Below are positions 10,171 to 21,940 of a stretch of 64,000 nt of DNA, in pieces. Every line of letters begins with the position of its first letter. Position 1 is the stretch's first letter. Origin of the DNA: Lama guanicoe (Eukaryota). Location: the NCBI GenBank assembly GCA_013239625.1, contig MU056905.1:18355481-18419480 (forward strand), in the 5' to 3' direction. Made by a program: the position numbers and the translations under genes. Below the pieces are notes generated by a model. That model had not been told where the DNA came from. It did no database searches and saw only the letters and a program-made list of their open reading frames with translations.

Positions 10171-12789
10171 ACTATGGTTGACTATTTTTATTCTCTTTGG
10201 CCCAAAAGGGAGCACCCTAAGCAAACTTTGTAGCAGTCACTGAGCCTCTGAGATCGAGGACCCCATGGCACCAGGCTGGTCTGCTGGACATGCTGTGAGA
10301 GCTGTGTGACTCCTAGGCAAGGCTGGGTCTTGGCCATACAGATGAGAAATGAGAAGCAACTTTCTGGTCTACTCTAAGTGTCTTTCTAGCCATATAGCTT
10401 CTGATTGATCAAATGGCTTTTGAGCTCAGGGGCCCAGGTCACATTCATGGCTGCTGACAGGGTAGAGGTTCCACAAGCATGTGTTAAATGAGGCTCAGAA
10501 ACATTCTGTGGTTGTGTACTTGGTCTGGTTTGTTTTCTCTTCTTGGTTGGGTGTGAGAATGGGGAACTGGGGAAGGGGCAGCTGATCCCATCCTTTGTTC
10601 ATGTCTTTTGATGTGGACAAGTGCAGCACAGTGGTAAGGGTGTTTTTCTGAAATAATTCAAACCTAACCCTGTGCAACCTCATTCATCTGGATTTGCTCA
10701 TTCAGAAATTATGAGAATTCAAGCAGGGCTGGAGGTTAACCTTGGTAGTACTCATGAGGAAAGCATGTCTTGCTCAAATGAGTAGTACAAACGAGGACAT
10801 ACAATATCCTATTTCAAAAAAAAAATAGCATCACATAATTGTGAGCAAACGCTGCAATGTCTGTGATTACTGAACTTCACAGAGGTGTTGTATCAATTCT
10901 CTAAGGCAAACTTGGGCAGACATTTATTTGCAGAAGTTAGTTTCTTGTGCTGATGACCGACTGCATTCTTTAACCATATTCTGTGATGGTGATTTTTCTT
11001 CAATTCAGACTAATCTTTTCCCACTGAGTCTGATATAATGAAGTGTGATATTTGGTACTTAGGATTGGAACAGCTTGACCTCTGCTCTGGAAAGCTAAAA
11101 CTAATTAGCCCTGCAGTGGATTTTCCTCTACATGTTAAACCTTAAACCCAAGTACCAGGAAAGGAAAGAAATACAGTATTTTGGGTGTGCAATTCTTCTC
11201 TTTGGGAACTTGAAACTTATTGAGAATAGTTGCAGTAACCTCTTAAATTTACCTCCCATCCTCCAAAACACCCACTGTGTAGTGTTCAGTGTCATGGGCT
11301 TGGGGTTGAGATTTGGAGAATTTGCCTCTGAGTCTGCTTTCTCACTTGCTGGATGCATGGTATGGGGCAAATTACCTTCCGAGGATTTCCTCATCTTTAA
11401 AAACTGGAGAAAATGCCTTCTTCCTGAGGTTGCTCTGAGAATTAAGTGAGCCTGTGTTTTTGAAAGTGACTAAAACAGTGCTTGATGCATAAGTGTTAAT
11501 GAGAAACAAAATGAAGGATTCTTTGTCTTGAGACAGTACCTTCCCCAGGAGAAGCACTGACCTCACCCATCAACCTGGGAAGAGATGTGATGTAACTAAC
11601 CCGACCCCATTTTACAAATGGAGACGAAGACATTAACTGTGAAGTGCAGAGCATGAGCGTGTGTGTGGTGGGCATCGGAGGTTGTGAAAGGACTGTGTCT
11701 AAGAGCCACAGGCATGGTGGTAGTGAGGCCGGCAGGACCCTGTCACCCCCTACACCTACCCTGGGTTCAGAGTAGGCCTTTCGCCTTGGGCCTTCATTTA
11801 GTCCTTGACCCTTCGATTAGGACCAGCAGTTAAATGACAGTGCTCCAGCTGGGGACCACTAGGGTTTCTAGAGTGGATTCTGTCGACCTGCCTTTGATCA
11901 CTGGGTACCTCATGGGCCTTCAGAAGCCACTGGCTTCTTTTTATGGCAAAGACTTTAAAAGTAATCTCCCAGAAAAACGAGCTCCAGAAATTTCACGAGG
12001 AGGGATGAGGGAGTGCAGAAAGAGGGAAGGTAGTACTGGGGGCTGCGACTTGGGATTTCAGCTTGATCTTGCCACTGTTGCTCAGACCAAGGCCTCTTAC
12101 TAGAGCAGAAGCTCTCCCAAAGCAGGCTTCTGTCTCTTTCTCCCTGTATTCTCAGTGGCGAGAGCAGTGCTTGCCAGATAGCAGGCATGACAATCATTTG
12201 GGGAATGGATGGATGAGTGAACGAATGAATGAATGAACAAATGGGCTGCTCAGCCTGTGTCACCCAGTCTGTGGTAGCAGTTCTAAGTCACTGAGGGGAT
12301 CACCGTGAGGAGCAAAGACTCCGCTCCCAGGAGCAGTAGCACCTGAGGAGCAGGCTGTGTGACGCAGTGGAGACCTACAATGAATTCCCCAGGTGATGAT
12401 TTAGTGGAATCAACTTCTTGGCTTGTCTGGGGATTATACCAGGTCTCCCCCGGTACTGCAGATGGAAATCAAAACAAGACGCCTGTTTGTCCTGCGTGCC
12501 GTGTGTTGTTGATACATTCTGCTCGATGCCCTCCCTTGGAGGCAAGTCTGTGCTGACAGCTGATGTAAACTGCAGCCTCCACCCCAACTCAAGTCCCACC
12601 ATGTCTGTTCTAGACTCCTGCAAGCACTTCATGGCAGCGCTCCCTCCTCTACCAGTTCCCTCTCTGGATGGCCATCCTGCTAGTGATGTGGGAGCTCTTT
12701 CTTAAGCTCTCACCTTGCCTCCCAAACCTGCTGCGGCTCCCATGCTGCAGCACACCATAGTTGTTTATGCTGACCTACCTCCTGTTCAC

Positions 12790-13710
12790 TCCTTTGTTCA
12801 ATAAACAGTGAATGCCCCTGTATGAGAAGGGACAGAGGAAAGTTGGTGATAACAGGGTGTGAGAAGTGCTACTGATAGGGGAAAGCCCAACGTGCCATGC
12901 AAGTACAGAAGATGGGCACCTAATATGGTCCTGGAGGAAGGACGGGATGGTGTCAGGAAGTGCCACACAGACACAACACGAAGAGGTCAGGGAAGAGAAC
13001 CCCGCCCTGAGGCAACAGTATCTGCAAAGAGGTGGGGGAACTGCAGGTGGGCTGGCATGGCTGGGGCAAAGATAGGAGGTGTCGCTGGTAGGCCAGATGA
13101 GTAGGTGGAGCCCAGATGTGATGAGTCTTGAGAGACGTGCTAAGGAATTGAACTTGCCTCTGAAAGCGATGACATTGCAAAGAGGGAGAGTGTTATGGCC
13201 AGTTGGGTTTTCTTCTAGAAATTTGCTAGCTGCAGTACTGGGGATGGACCAGAGATGGGGCAAGTTTAGCAGCACAGAAACAGATGGGATGGCTTCTGTC
13301 ATCATCTAGGTTGGATAAAGACCTGATCTGAGGCAAGGACAGTGACAGTGCAAAGGCACTGAGGATGTAGAACTGGATGGAATCGGTGACGAGTTGTGTT
13401 TGGGGCCAGGGCACAGGAAAGTGTTGAGACAAGTAGAGTTCCCGACATTGGTGTGACAGGTGCAGTCACAATTCCCATTCACCAAGGCCACAGAGGGCCA
13501 ATTTGGTTTGGTAGACAGTGAAGAGCCAAAGGCAATGTGTGGTCTGAGAAGGAGCTGATAAGGGTCCGTCTCAGGATTCTTCTGGTCAGATTATGTGTGT
13601 GGGCAGGACTGAAAAGGAACAGACGTGAAACCGAGAGACCTGTTAGGATGATTCTAAGATGATAGTCCTGACAGGACTCAAAGAGGGTCTCTTTGAACCA
13701 GGGAGGAAGA
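12790..13710 (-). mobile_element. L2 LINE remnant
   Basis: Purine-rich antisense L2 phrases (gcaaaggcactgagg, gagagacctgttagga). Boundaries approximate. Confidence 0.55.
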
Positions 13711-14041
13711 TGGCAAAGGAGACAGAAGGTCTAGTCTGAAGGCAGCTGTCCAGAAAAGAGTATCAGACATGGCGGCTGACCGGATCCTGGGAGAGAGGTC
13801 AAAGGGAGGACACAGCTAAAGACACACGGTCGGCACCCACATGCGTGAGAACAGTTGAGGGTAAACGCTGGCTGAGCAGCCACCAGGCACAGACACTGGA
13901 AGGAAGAAATGGTACTGAGAAAAAGACTTTCCTTTCCTTGAAGGCACACAGGCTGCACACACTGTATGCAGAAGGTGCTTGTTAATTGTGTTAAATTGAC
14001 TAGATCAAGGCCTGGGTGAGAAAGCAGGGTCGCCAACTCAC

Positions 14042-14180
14042 CTGTGCAGAGCTCCTGTGGTAAGGGGAGTAGTGGAGTGGTCCGGAGATGGCTGTGTCGT
14101 GAGGGAGGGCCGGGTACTGGCTCTGCATCGGGGGAGGGTGCTGGTTGCCATAGCTCCCGTAGTTATAGCTTCCTGTGTAT
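14042..14180 (-). CDS. RFX4: RFX4 coding exon 17 (139 bp)
   Basis: (G)[46 protein letters not shown]. Acceptor ttctag|A, donor CAG|gtgagt. Confidence 0.97.
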
Positions 14181-14366
14181 CTAGAACGCGTTAAGCACAT
14201 TGAATACTGTGAGTAATAGCAGGGAGAACAAATCAGTTTGACACCTTTAAAAACCCACCTCATCTACCCCTTTTCCTTTTCTTCATTTCTTTCTTTTTTT
14301 CTCCTTCCATTTTCCTTCTTTTTGATTCTTACCATCTCCACTCTGCAGCTCTGCTGTAGTAGTTTT

Positions 14367-14641
14367 TTTTTTAACATTTTTTATTGATTTATAATCATTT
14401 TACAATGTTGTGTCAAATTCCAGTGTTCAGCACAATTTTTCAGTCATTCATGGACATATACACACTCATTGTCACATTTTTTCTCTGTGATTTATCATAA
14501 CATTTTGTGTATATTTCCCTGTGCTATACAGTGTAATCTTGTTTATCTATCCTACAATTTTGAAATCCCAGTCTATCCCTTCCCACCCTCTACCCCCCTG
14601 GTAACCACAAGTCTGTATTCTCTGTCCATGAGTCTTTAGAT
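14367..14641 (-). mobile_element. Young 5'-truncated L1 3'-UTR fragment with 17-bp TSD
   Basis: Reverse complement matches the 3' end of the L1 at ~48500-48770. TSD tctgctgtagtagtttt at 14350-14366 and 14642-14658. Canonical TTTT/AA endonuclease site. Confidence 0.93.
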
Positions 14642-16184
14642 TCTGCTGTAGTAGTTTTAAACTCCCATGTGTGTTTTCCTTCTCCCCCAGCACACCTCGC
14701 TTACCACCTGACACGGGTACAGGGAATGAAAGCCAGCCCTGAGCAAAACATCATTAATGATAGAAACCTCTTCTCCTGTTGTGGTTAAAAGCCCCATATT
14801 TATAGCCTGAAGTCAAATAGGGGATGAAAAAAAGAAATTACTTTGGGACTTCTGTTTTTGTATTGCTTAGGCCTCTGCTTCCCCATCTTGGGGAAGGATG
14901 TAGTATGTTTCTGTGAGCTCTCCCCTGGGGGAAAACAACATGGCAATGGCCAACGAGGCCTCAGACTCTGGCTCTAAGCCTGGCTTAGCTGTGGGACCTT
15001 GGGCTTCTCACATCCTCATTTCTCACATCTGTAAAAATGCTGCTCATGATTATTCTGAGGGTCATATATGTGAAGACACTTTATAAAAGAGAAAGTCTTA
15101 TGGAAACATATGATACTACGATCACTGGTCTTCTTAATAACAGCTTTATAGCAAAGATGCTGACATATGACCAGTGGGTGTCTATTATGTTATTCCTGCA
15201 GAACTGAAGGCTCTCTGAAACAATTTCAAAGTTGATTTTAAATGTGTGGAAAATACTCTCTTAAGAGGCCCCCTGAGAAAATGATGGCTACCCCACGGAC
15301 TGGTCTGGGGCACCTGAACCTGTGGAATCAACTGGAAGTACGTTAACAGCGAGGCCTCAGGCTACTGACTGGAAGGGGCCTGAGAGGTCCTCCTCCGTCT
15401 CCTCCTGTGCAGCTGGTCTGTTGGAACCTGGCTTGTGAGGCTCACTGCACCCACACAACAGAGCCTCACTTCTTGAGATGAAAGACCCTTTTTAACATCG
15501 TAAGTGGTTTTCCGATCACTGCAAATTAGACATTGTGTAAGTAGTGTCTTTTAATAAAGATGATACATAATGGCAAAAAGCTGCTATGATTCAGGTAACA
15601 CTTTAAAGTGGATTTGTAGTTTACTCATCACAGTAACATCACTATGCACACTGAGGGAAAAAAGGTGGCAAAACAAACGATTTATTTATTCAGGGTCCAA
15701 AGCACCACTGGAACGCACAGGGATTCCTTGAACCCCATGAATAACTGCTGCCCTTGAGGGACCTCCAGCCTCAGGTAGGGAAGCCCTCCTCTGATCGAGT
15801 CATAAAAGACTTGGACCTACCATGAAGCTTTATTTTATAAGGCTACTAAGTGCACAAAGAGCCACCCAGGGGAGCTGCTGAAAGGCAGTTTTCAGCTGAG
15901 GCTCTAAAGGAGGCAGACAGATGCTCAGTTGGCCCTACCCTTCCCAGCCACTGAGCTTAATTAAGCCTCAAATTCATCATCTGTCAAGCAGGGTCACCCA
16001 AGCCTACCTCACCTGGTTGTTGTGAGGACGCATGAGACAGTCATACCGGGTGCAGGGCTGAGCACACTGAGAACTCAACAAAGGGCGTGTCCTTCTTGTC
16101 CTCTAAGAAAACAACTGCTGAGTAAACCCTGCCCTTTCAAATCAAACTTAAAAAGTAAGGCAACATCCCAGGAAAGTCACCTAC

Positions 16185-16347
16185 CCGTGCTCCTCTCTGT
16201 GGGGATAAACTGGTATCCTGTGTGTGACCGAGGAGGAAGGCACATGAGTACTCCTCATACAGGGCAGCTGTTGGGAATTTTCAGCTGGGGACCCTGCCGC
16301 TGTTGTCACTGTGTATGTTAGAGACCACGTGTATGACTGCATTGCTC
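16185..16347 (-). CDS. RFX4: RFX4 coding exon 16 (163 bp)
   Basis: (G)[53 protein letters not shown](G). Acceptor ctgcag|GA, donor GG|gtaggt. Confidence 0.97.
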
Positions 16348-16389
16348 CTGCAGAGACAGATGAAGATGTAACAGTCACTAACAGTTCTC

Positions 16390-16880
16390 ACACCTCTAGT
16401 TCTTCCTTAGAATGCTAGTGGCTTCCCATTGTTCTTAAGCTGAAAGTCAAAATCTTTACAAAGCATATGTCTTCGTTCCTGCAGACCTCACCAGAAGCAT
16501 TCCCTACTCCCTGCCTTTGTAGTGTCTTATCCAGCCACAGTTACCTCTTTTTCATTTTTTCCAGAGTACCATGATTCCCAGCACCACAGGGCCTTTGCAC
16601 ACACTATTTCTGCTGCCTAGAATCCTCAGTCTTCCCTTAGTATCCACTCATTCTTCATATTTCAATGCAGAGAAGCTGTCTCCCAACCCCAGACTAAGTC
16701 ATATCCCATACTGCATGGTGGTGCCTACCACAATTTAATTAATGAATGTGATTTAATTAATGCCTAATTTTCCTCACCAGACTATAAGTTCTGTGAGGGT
16801 AGGGGCCTTGTCTATTTTGCCCACCAGTGGGTCCCTGGTGCTTAGCACAGAGACCGGTGACCAGAAGATTTTCAATAAAA
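16390..16880 (+). mobile_element. L2 3' end
   Basis: agggcctttgcacac...agactataagttctgtgagggtagggg...cttagcacag...tcaataaa. Confidence 0.7.
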
Positions 16881-19800
16881 AATTCAAAAGAAAGAAAAGA
16901 GAAAGGAAAAATATGGAGAGAGAGAAAGAGGGTGGGAGGGAGAGAGGACAAAAGAAAGCTCAGGGCAGTGTAGCTCAAACGGGCGCCCCAAATAACTTCT
17001 CAACACTTAACTCAACAGGTGTTAAGGATCCAACAAATTGCTTTAAGCAAACATAAGCAGATTATTGGGCTCTGCCTGCCCAGATCTTTTTAAAAAGATT
17101 ATTAGACAGTGACCTTAACGGTGACCTATTCCATACATATTATTAATTTCATTAATTTGCTTTTTAACTGGATACCTTCAAAGTGCTAGGGACTGGGAAA
17201 AGAAACTGACAAATTTAACACTCTCAAGAGGCTTAAGGATTATATGAGATGGTTAGAATTTAAAAATGGTAATTTAAGAAATCACTAACAGTGATGATAA
17301 ACTCATCAACTTAATTTCTGACAAATTTTAGGCTGTGGATAATTAAACCTATTTTAAAAGGTAGCAGGAATAGGATTCAATCCATCCTTGCAGGCACATG
17401 GAAAATTGAAGAACTGGTTAAAGGAGGCCATTTTTAAAATGAAGTAAAAGAGAAAACTTTGGTCTTCCAAGCCTGTACTTTCTGCAACAGATCATTTTTA
17501 AAATTCATCTGGGAAGATAAAGGGAAGGTTTTCATTTTAAAAAACTCAGTCTACTCTACCCAAGGAGTCCATGAATAGTGCAGGATTAGTTGCACTGACA
17601 TGGAGCAGCAGGAGGAAGCAAAGAGTTGGTGGATCAGCACAACCAGTTATGTGACAGACTCAGTGAGGGATACCCTGAAAGATAGTGCGTGAAAACGGCA
17701 CCCTATTTCCAATACATCTGTGTAGTATTAAAAGAACTCTGTACTTAACCTTGTTGTAAATTAGAGAATCTTTTAGAATGTAAATACTGTCTTTCTTTTT
17801 TATGAAGATTCATTTCAAGAGCACAAAAGGAGGCATTATTTATTGAGCATCTAATACAGGCCAGGCACTGTGCTAAGTGCTTTACAGACAACCTTCAAAA
17901 GAAATATTATCCCCAGTTCATAGATGAGGAAGCCAAGAGTTAGATCTAAAATACAGAAGATTCAAGAAGGTAAAATGGAAATGAGAGTGATAGAAGAAAT
18001 TAAAACAAAATTGAAGCAAAAAGCACAATCAGGAGCAAGGCAAAGCATGCATACCCTAAAGGTCTCAATTCTTCCCGTAGGTGGGCCTTAGGTTAGCTCA
18101 GAGTTTTCCAGGAGCCTATGCTAGAAGGGAAGCCTGACAAGTTAGGAGTCACCTGACAGTAAGTAGCTCAGGAGAATACTGTCCTTGGAATTAAGATCAA
18201 ACAAATTTCTTTCAGGCGCCCTGTGAACTGTTCAGCAGCGTCCTCAACAAGCCTTACAATGCACTCCACGTCTTGGTTCTTGGGACTGTTCCTTAACGTC
18301 AACCTTAATTGCAGGCAAGTGGCGTCACACAAAAGTCCCGTTCAGGGAAACTCAGGATGTTAAGTAACTTGCCCGAGGTCCCACAGTGAGGGGGTGGCCC
18401 AGTGGGGCCCTGAACCTGTCTACCACATGCTTTCCACTCTCTCTACCATAACGTCTCTCTGCTGTGGGTCCTAGTTCTGCCATGCACTGGCTGCAAGGTC
18501 TTCAGCCAGCCTCTTAAATTTTATATACCTTTCTTTCACCATCTGCAAAGTAGGATTAATAATACCAATCTTATAGGACTGTCGTGAGGATAATACCTGT
18601 CAAAGAGCCTGGCACATGGTAGGCTTTTAATGATTCAAGCGCTCTTCATTATGAATTCAAGTATCCTTATATCAGACTTCCTTAAAGTAGAAATTTCTAT
18701 ATTTCCCATTTCAGATTCCAAGGAACAAAGACAAGTTTCTTGGGTCGGATTCTGTCACCAGGGATGAAACGTTTGAATAGCAACAGAGATTTAAATATTC
18801 ATGGCAAAATTCTAAACATGTTTTTTGTAAAATCACAAATGTCCTTATCTACCAGTATGGTTAAAAGTATCCCTTCCTGGTTTGTATAGTTTTCCCCCAA
18901 AGGTAATGACTTTAGCAGGCTGTATGCTAGGTGTCATTTATAATAACTGCAAGAAGACTGGAGGGAAAAAAACCCAAGCTGATCCTGTCTCAAATGACCA
19001 GATTATGTATGACTGCCCTCTTCTATATTCTGAACTTCATATTAAATTATATGTCTTATAATTTCTAAAAATACCCTTTTAATTAAAACAGGTTATTACT
19101 GGATGGTGGAATTAAGGATGATTTTAAAGTTTTTTTCTTTATTTTGTGTATCTGTATTTTTCTATAAAGAATGTGTATTGCCTCTGTGAAAAGAAAAACA
19201 TTACTTAAATATATTAAACAAAGTTCACAATTGAAAATGGAACTGGAGGGGGTGGGAAGTTTGGGGAAACAATGAACCAGCCATGGCAAGCAAGTAATTA
19301 ACCCTTCAAGCCCCTGGGACCTCAGGAGAGCACAGTGAGGTCAGTGGGTATTTAAAAGGGGGCAGCCAAGGAAGCCAAAGGATTTTCTCCACCCCCACCC
19401 CAGCCCCCAGCAGTAAGAAGACACAGTGAGAACAGCCATCACCTGAGAGAATGCAGCAGAAGTTACTTTTNNNNNNNNNNNNNNNNNNNNNNNNNNNNNN
19501 NNNNNNNNNNNNNNNNNNNNNNNNNNNNNNNNNNNNNNNNNNNNNNNNNNNNNNNNNNNNNNNNNNNNNNNNNNNNNNNNNNNNNNNNNNNNNNNNNNNN
19601 NNNNNNNNNNNNNNNNNNNNNNNNNNNNNNNNNNACTCCTGGAAAAATGGGCTCCTGTGGTCTGGGAAACAAAACCCCTAAATGGCCATGTGCCAGCAAT
19701 CTAACAGATCCACTCAGGCAGGCTTAAGCAGATTAACACCTACTGGCTTGGGTGAGAAACCCTCTTTGCCTGGGGAGCAGAAAAGAACACCCCTTGCATT

Positions 19801-20509
19801 CCCTTTCCTACCAGTGGGACCTCCAGTGAGAATTGCTGCTGCTGCTTTTTTTAAGGAAACTAATAAAAGAAAATCTGTTCAGTTAACAGTTTGTGCTTAA
19901 TATTTAAGAGCTCTAATGCTTTTTATTTGTTGATAAAACAGTAACAAACCTTCCTTGTTTGTCTAATTCCTGTATCTTTCCTATTCTCCCCTCCCCATTT
20001 CCCCATTGCTATTAAAAGCCTGAGAACAGCGGTGAAAGTCCCTGATCTTTGAGAATCCTCTAAGGATTCTATAGTATTTGAGAATCCTATAAAGATAAGT
20101 TGTCCACGTTATATTAAAACTAACTGCTAGAGAGGAACATTTTCTTTCCCTCCCAACCCCAACAAAACATTCTTCTTCCCCAAGTTTTTTGTTTGTTTTT
20201 CTGGTTTTTATCTTGAAAGGGGGTGCTTAGAAAGGGGGTACCTCAGGACAGGGAGAGTGCTTAGAACAGAATAGGTAATCAGTAATTATTTGTTACATGA
20301 ACAAATGAGTGAATGATCATCCAACATACACCAGGCCTCATACTAGTTTCTTTTTATATATTGACTCATTCAATCTTCACAACAATCTTTTAAAGTAAGT
20401 AGTGCTACCCTCCTTTTTCAGGTGAGAAAATTGAGACCCAAGACTTAGTCAGGTAAGTGGCAGAGCTGGGATTTGAACCCAGATCTGCCCAACTCCGTAA
20501 CCTTTCCAC

Positions 20510-20685
20510 AGTAACAATTGCCTCTCACACTTGAATGGGCATTTGAATCATGGGATGTCCTGTTAAAATGCAGATCTGATTCGATTGGGAGACTAGGAGT
20601 TGAGCCAGCAATTCTGCATTTATAACAAGTTTCTCAGTGATGGCAAAGCTGTTGGTCTGTGGAGCAGCTTTGGTAGCAAGGCTCG
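20510..20685. mobile_element. MER5A-like hAT MITE
   Basis: tgttaaaatgcagatctgattc...ctgcatttataacaagtttctcagtgatg. Confidence 0.65.
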
Positions 20686-20956
20686 ATGAAACACTGCCTC
20701 CTATCATGTCTCCTACATGCTGAGAGCCATTAAAAATCAGAAGTTATAAGACTCTGGTACAGACTTGTGAAAATTTAAACTGCTTCCTAGCCTACCTGGC
20801 CATACCATCCCTTCAGATCTTGGACTAAATCGTTTGAAACTTTTCCCCACCAGGATTCCATGACCCATCACAGATGTGGCTCAGGTTTTGGGCTAACTTA
20901 AGTCTTTGTTAGTACCTTTTTGAGAAATAAGCTCCTTTAAGTAAGTCTAGATTCTA

Positions 20957-21175
20957 GAGCTGTCCTACCCTATAAAGTAGCCATTATAAATTTAAATTAG
21001 CTAAAATTAAATACCATTAAAAATTCAGTTCCTTAGTTGCACTAGCCACATTTCAAGTGCTCAGTAAGCCCCAAGTGGCTAGTGTCTACTGTTTTGAACA
21101 GCTCAGATAAAAAAAACAAAAACAAAAACAAAAAACTTTTCCATCATCACAGAAATTTCTATTTGAGCAGCATTG
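20957..21175. mobile_element. MER3/MER33-like hAT element
   Basis: aaaaattcagttccttagttgcactagccacatttcaagtgctcagta...gtggctagtg...tttccatcatcacagaaa. Confidence 0.75.
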
Positions 21176-21539
21176 CTTGAGGGTATCTGATGCTAAACAA
21201 GCATTTCCTGTAACCTTCAACACTGAGAAGGGAAAGAAGATCTTATGTTTCATATCTATTTTTAAAATTTTATTTATATATAAGATTATACATACACACA
21301 CACACACGCACATCTCCCTACCTTCACTGGCTATCATCTATCATAAGGTAGCTGTGTCTAAGGAGAATATTTGCTGAAGCTGAAAACTTCATCTGTTTGA
21401 GTTACACTTTATCAATAGTTCCAAGGCCAAAATCTGACCAATGAAACTGACCAGGGGCAGCAAATGAATCAGTTCCCAGAGACAGATGTTGATTCATGAT
21501 CTGGCCCCTGCCCCTCTCCACACTTTCCTCTCCTGCCGT

Positions 21540-21940
21540 CAGTCCTCACTATGCCAGGCTCTTTTCTGCCTCAAGTCCGTGCACATGCTGTTCCCCACTA
21601 CCTAACATGATCTTTTCTTCTCCCCAGTCTGTATGTAGCTGACACCTTGAGATACCTCAGGTCTCAGATAAATATCACCTTCTCAGAGAAGCCTTCTCTG
21701 ACTGCCATCTAAGATGGGTCCCTATTTTATGGTATTTCATAGTGCTTATGACCATTTGAAATTATATATTTACCTGGTCGTTTACTTCTGTATTGACTCT
21801 TAACACCCACTAGAATGTAAGTATCATGGGGGAAGCAACTGTGCCCTTTTTTTTCACTTTTGTACCCTAGGAGACATGGCACAGACTAGACACAGAATTA
21901 CTATTTGCTGAATGAATGAACAAATGAATGAATGAGTAAA
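21540..21940 (+). mobile_element. L2 3' end
   Basis: cacatgctgttccc...cactagaatgtaag...tatttgctgaatgaatgaacaaatgaatgaatga. Confidence 0.7.

Noticed and set aside
16345-16350. NAGNAG (CAG GAG) at the exon 16 acceptor
   Set aside because: GAG is rarely used as an acceptor, so alternative use is unlikely.
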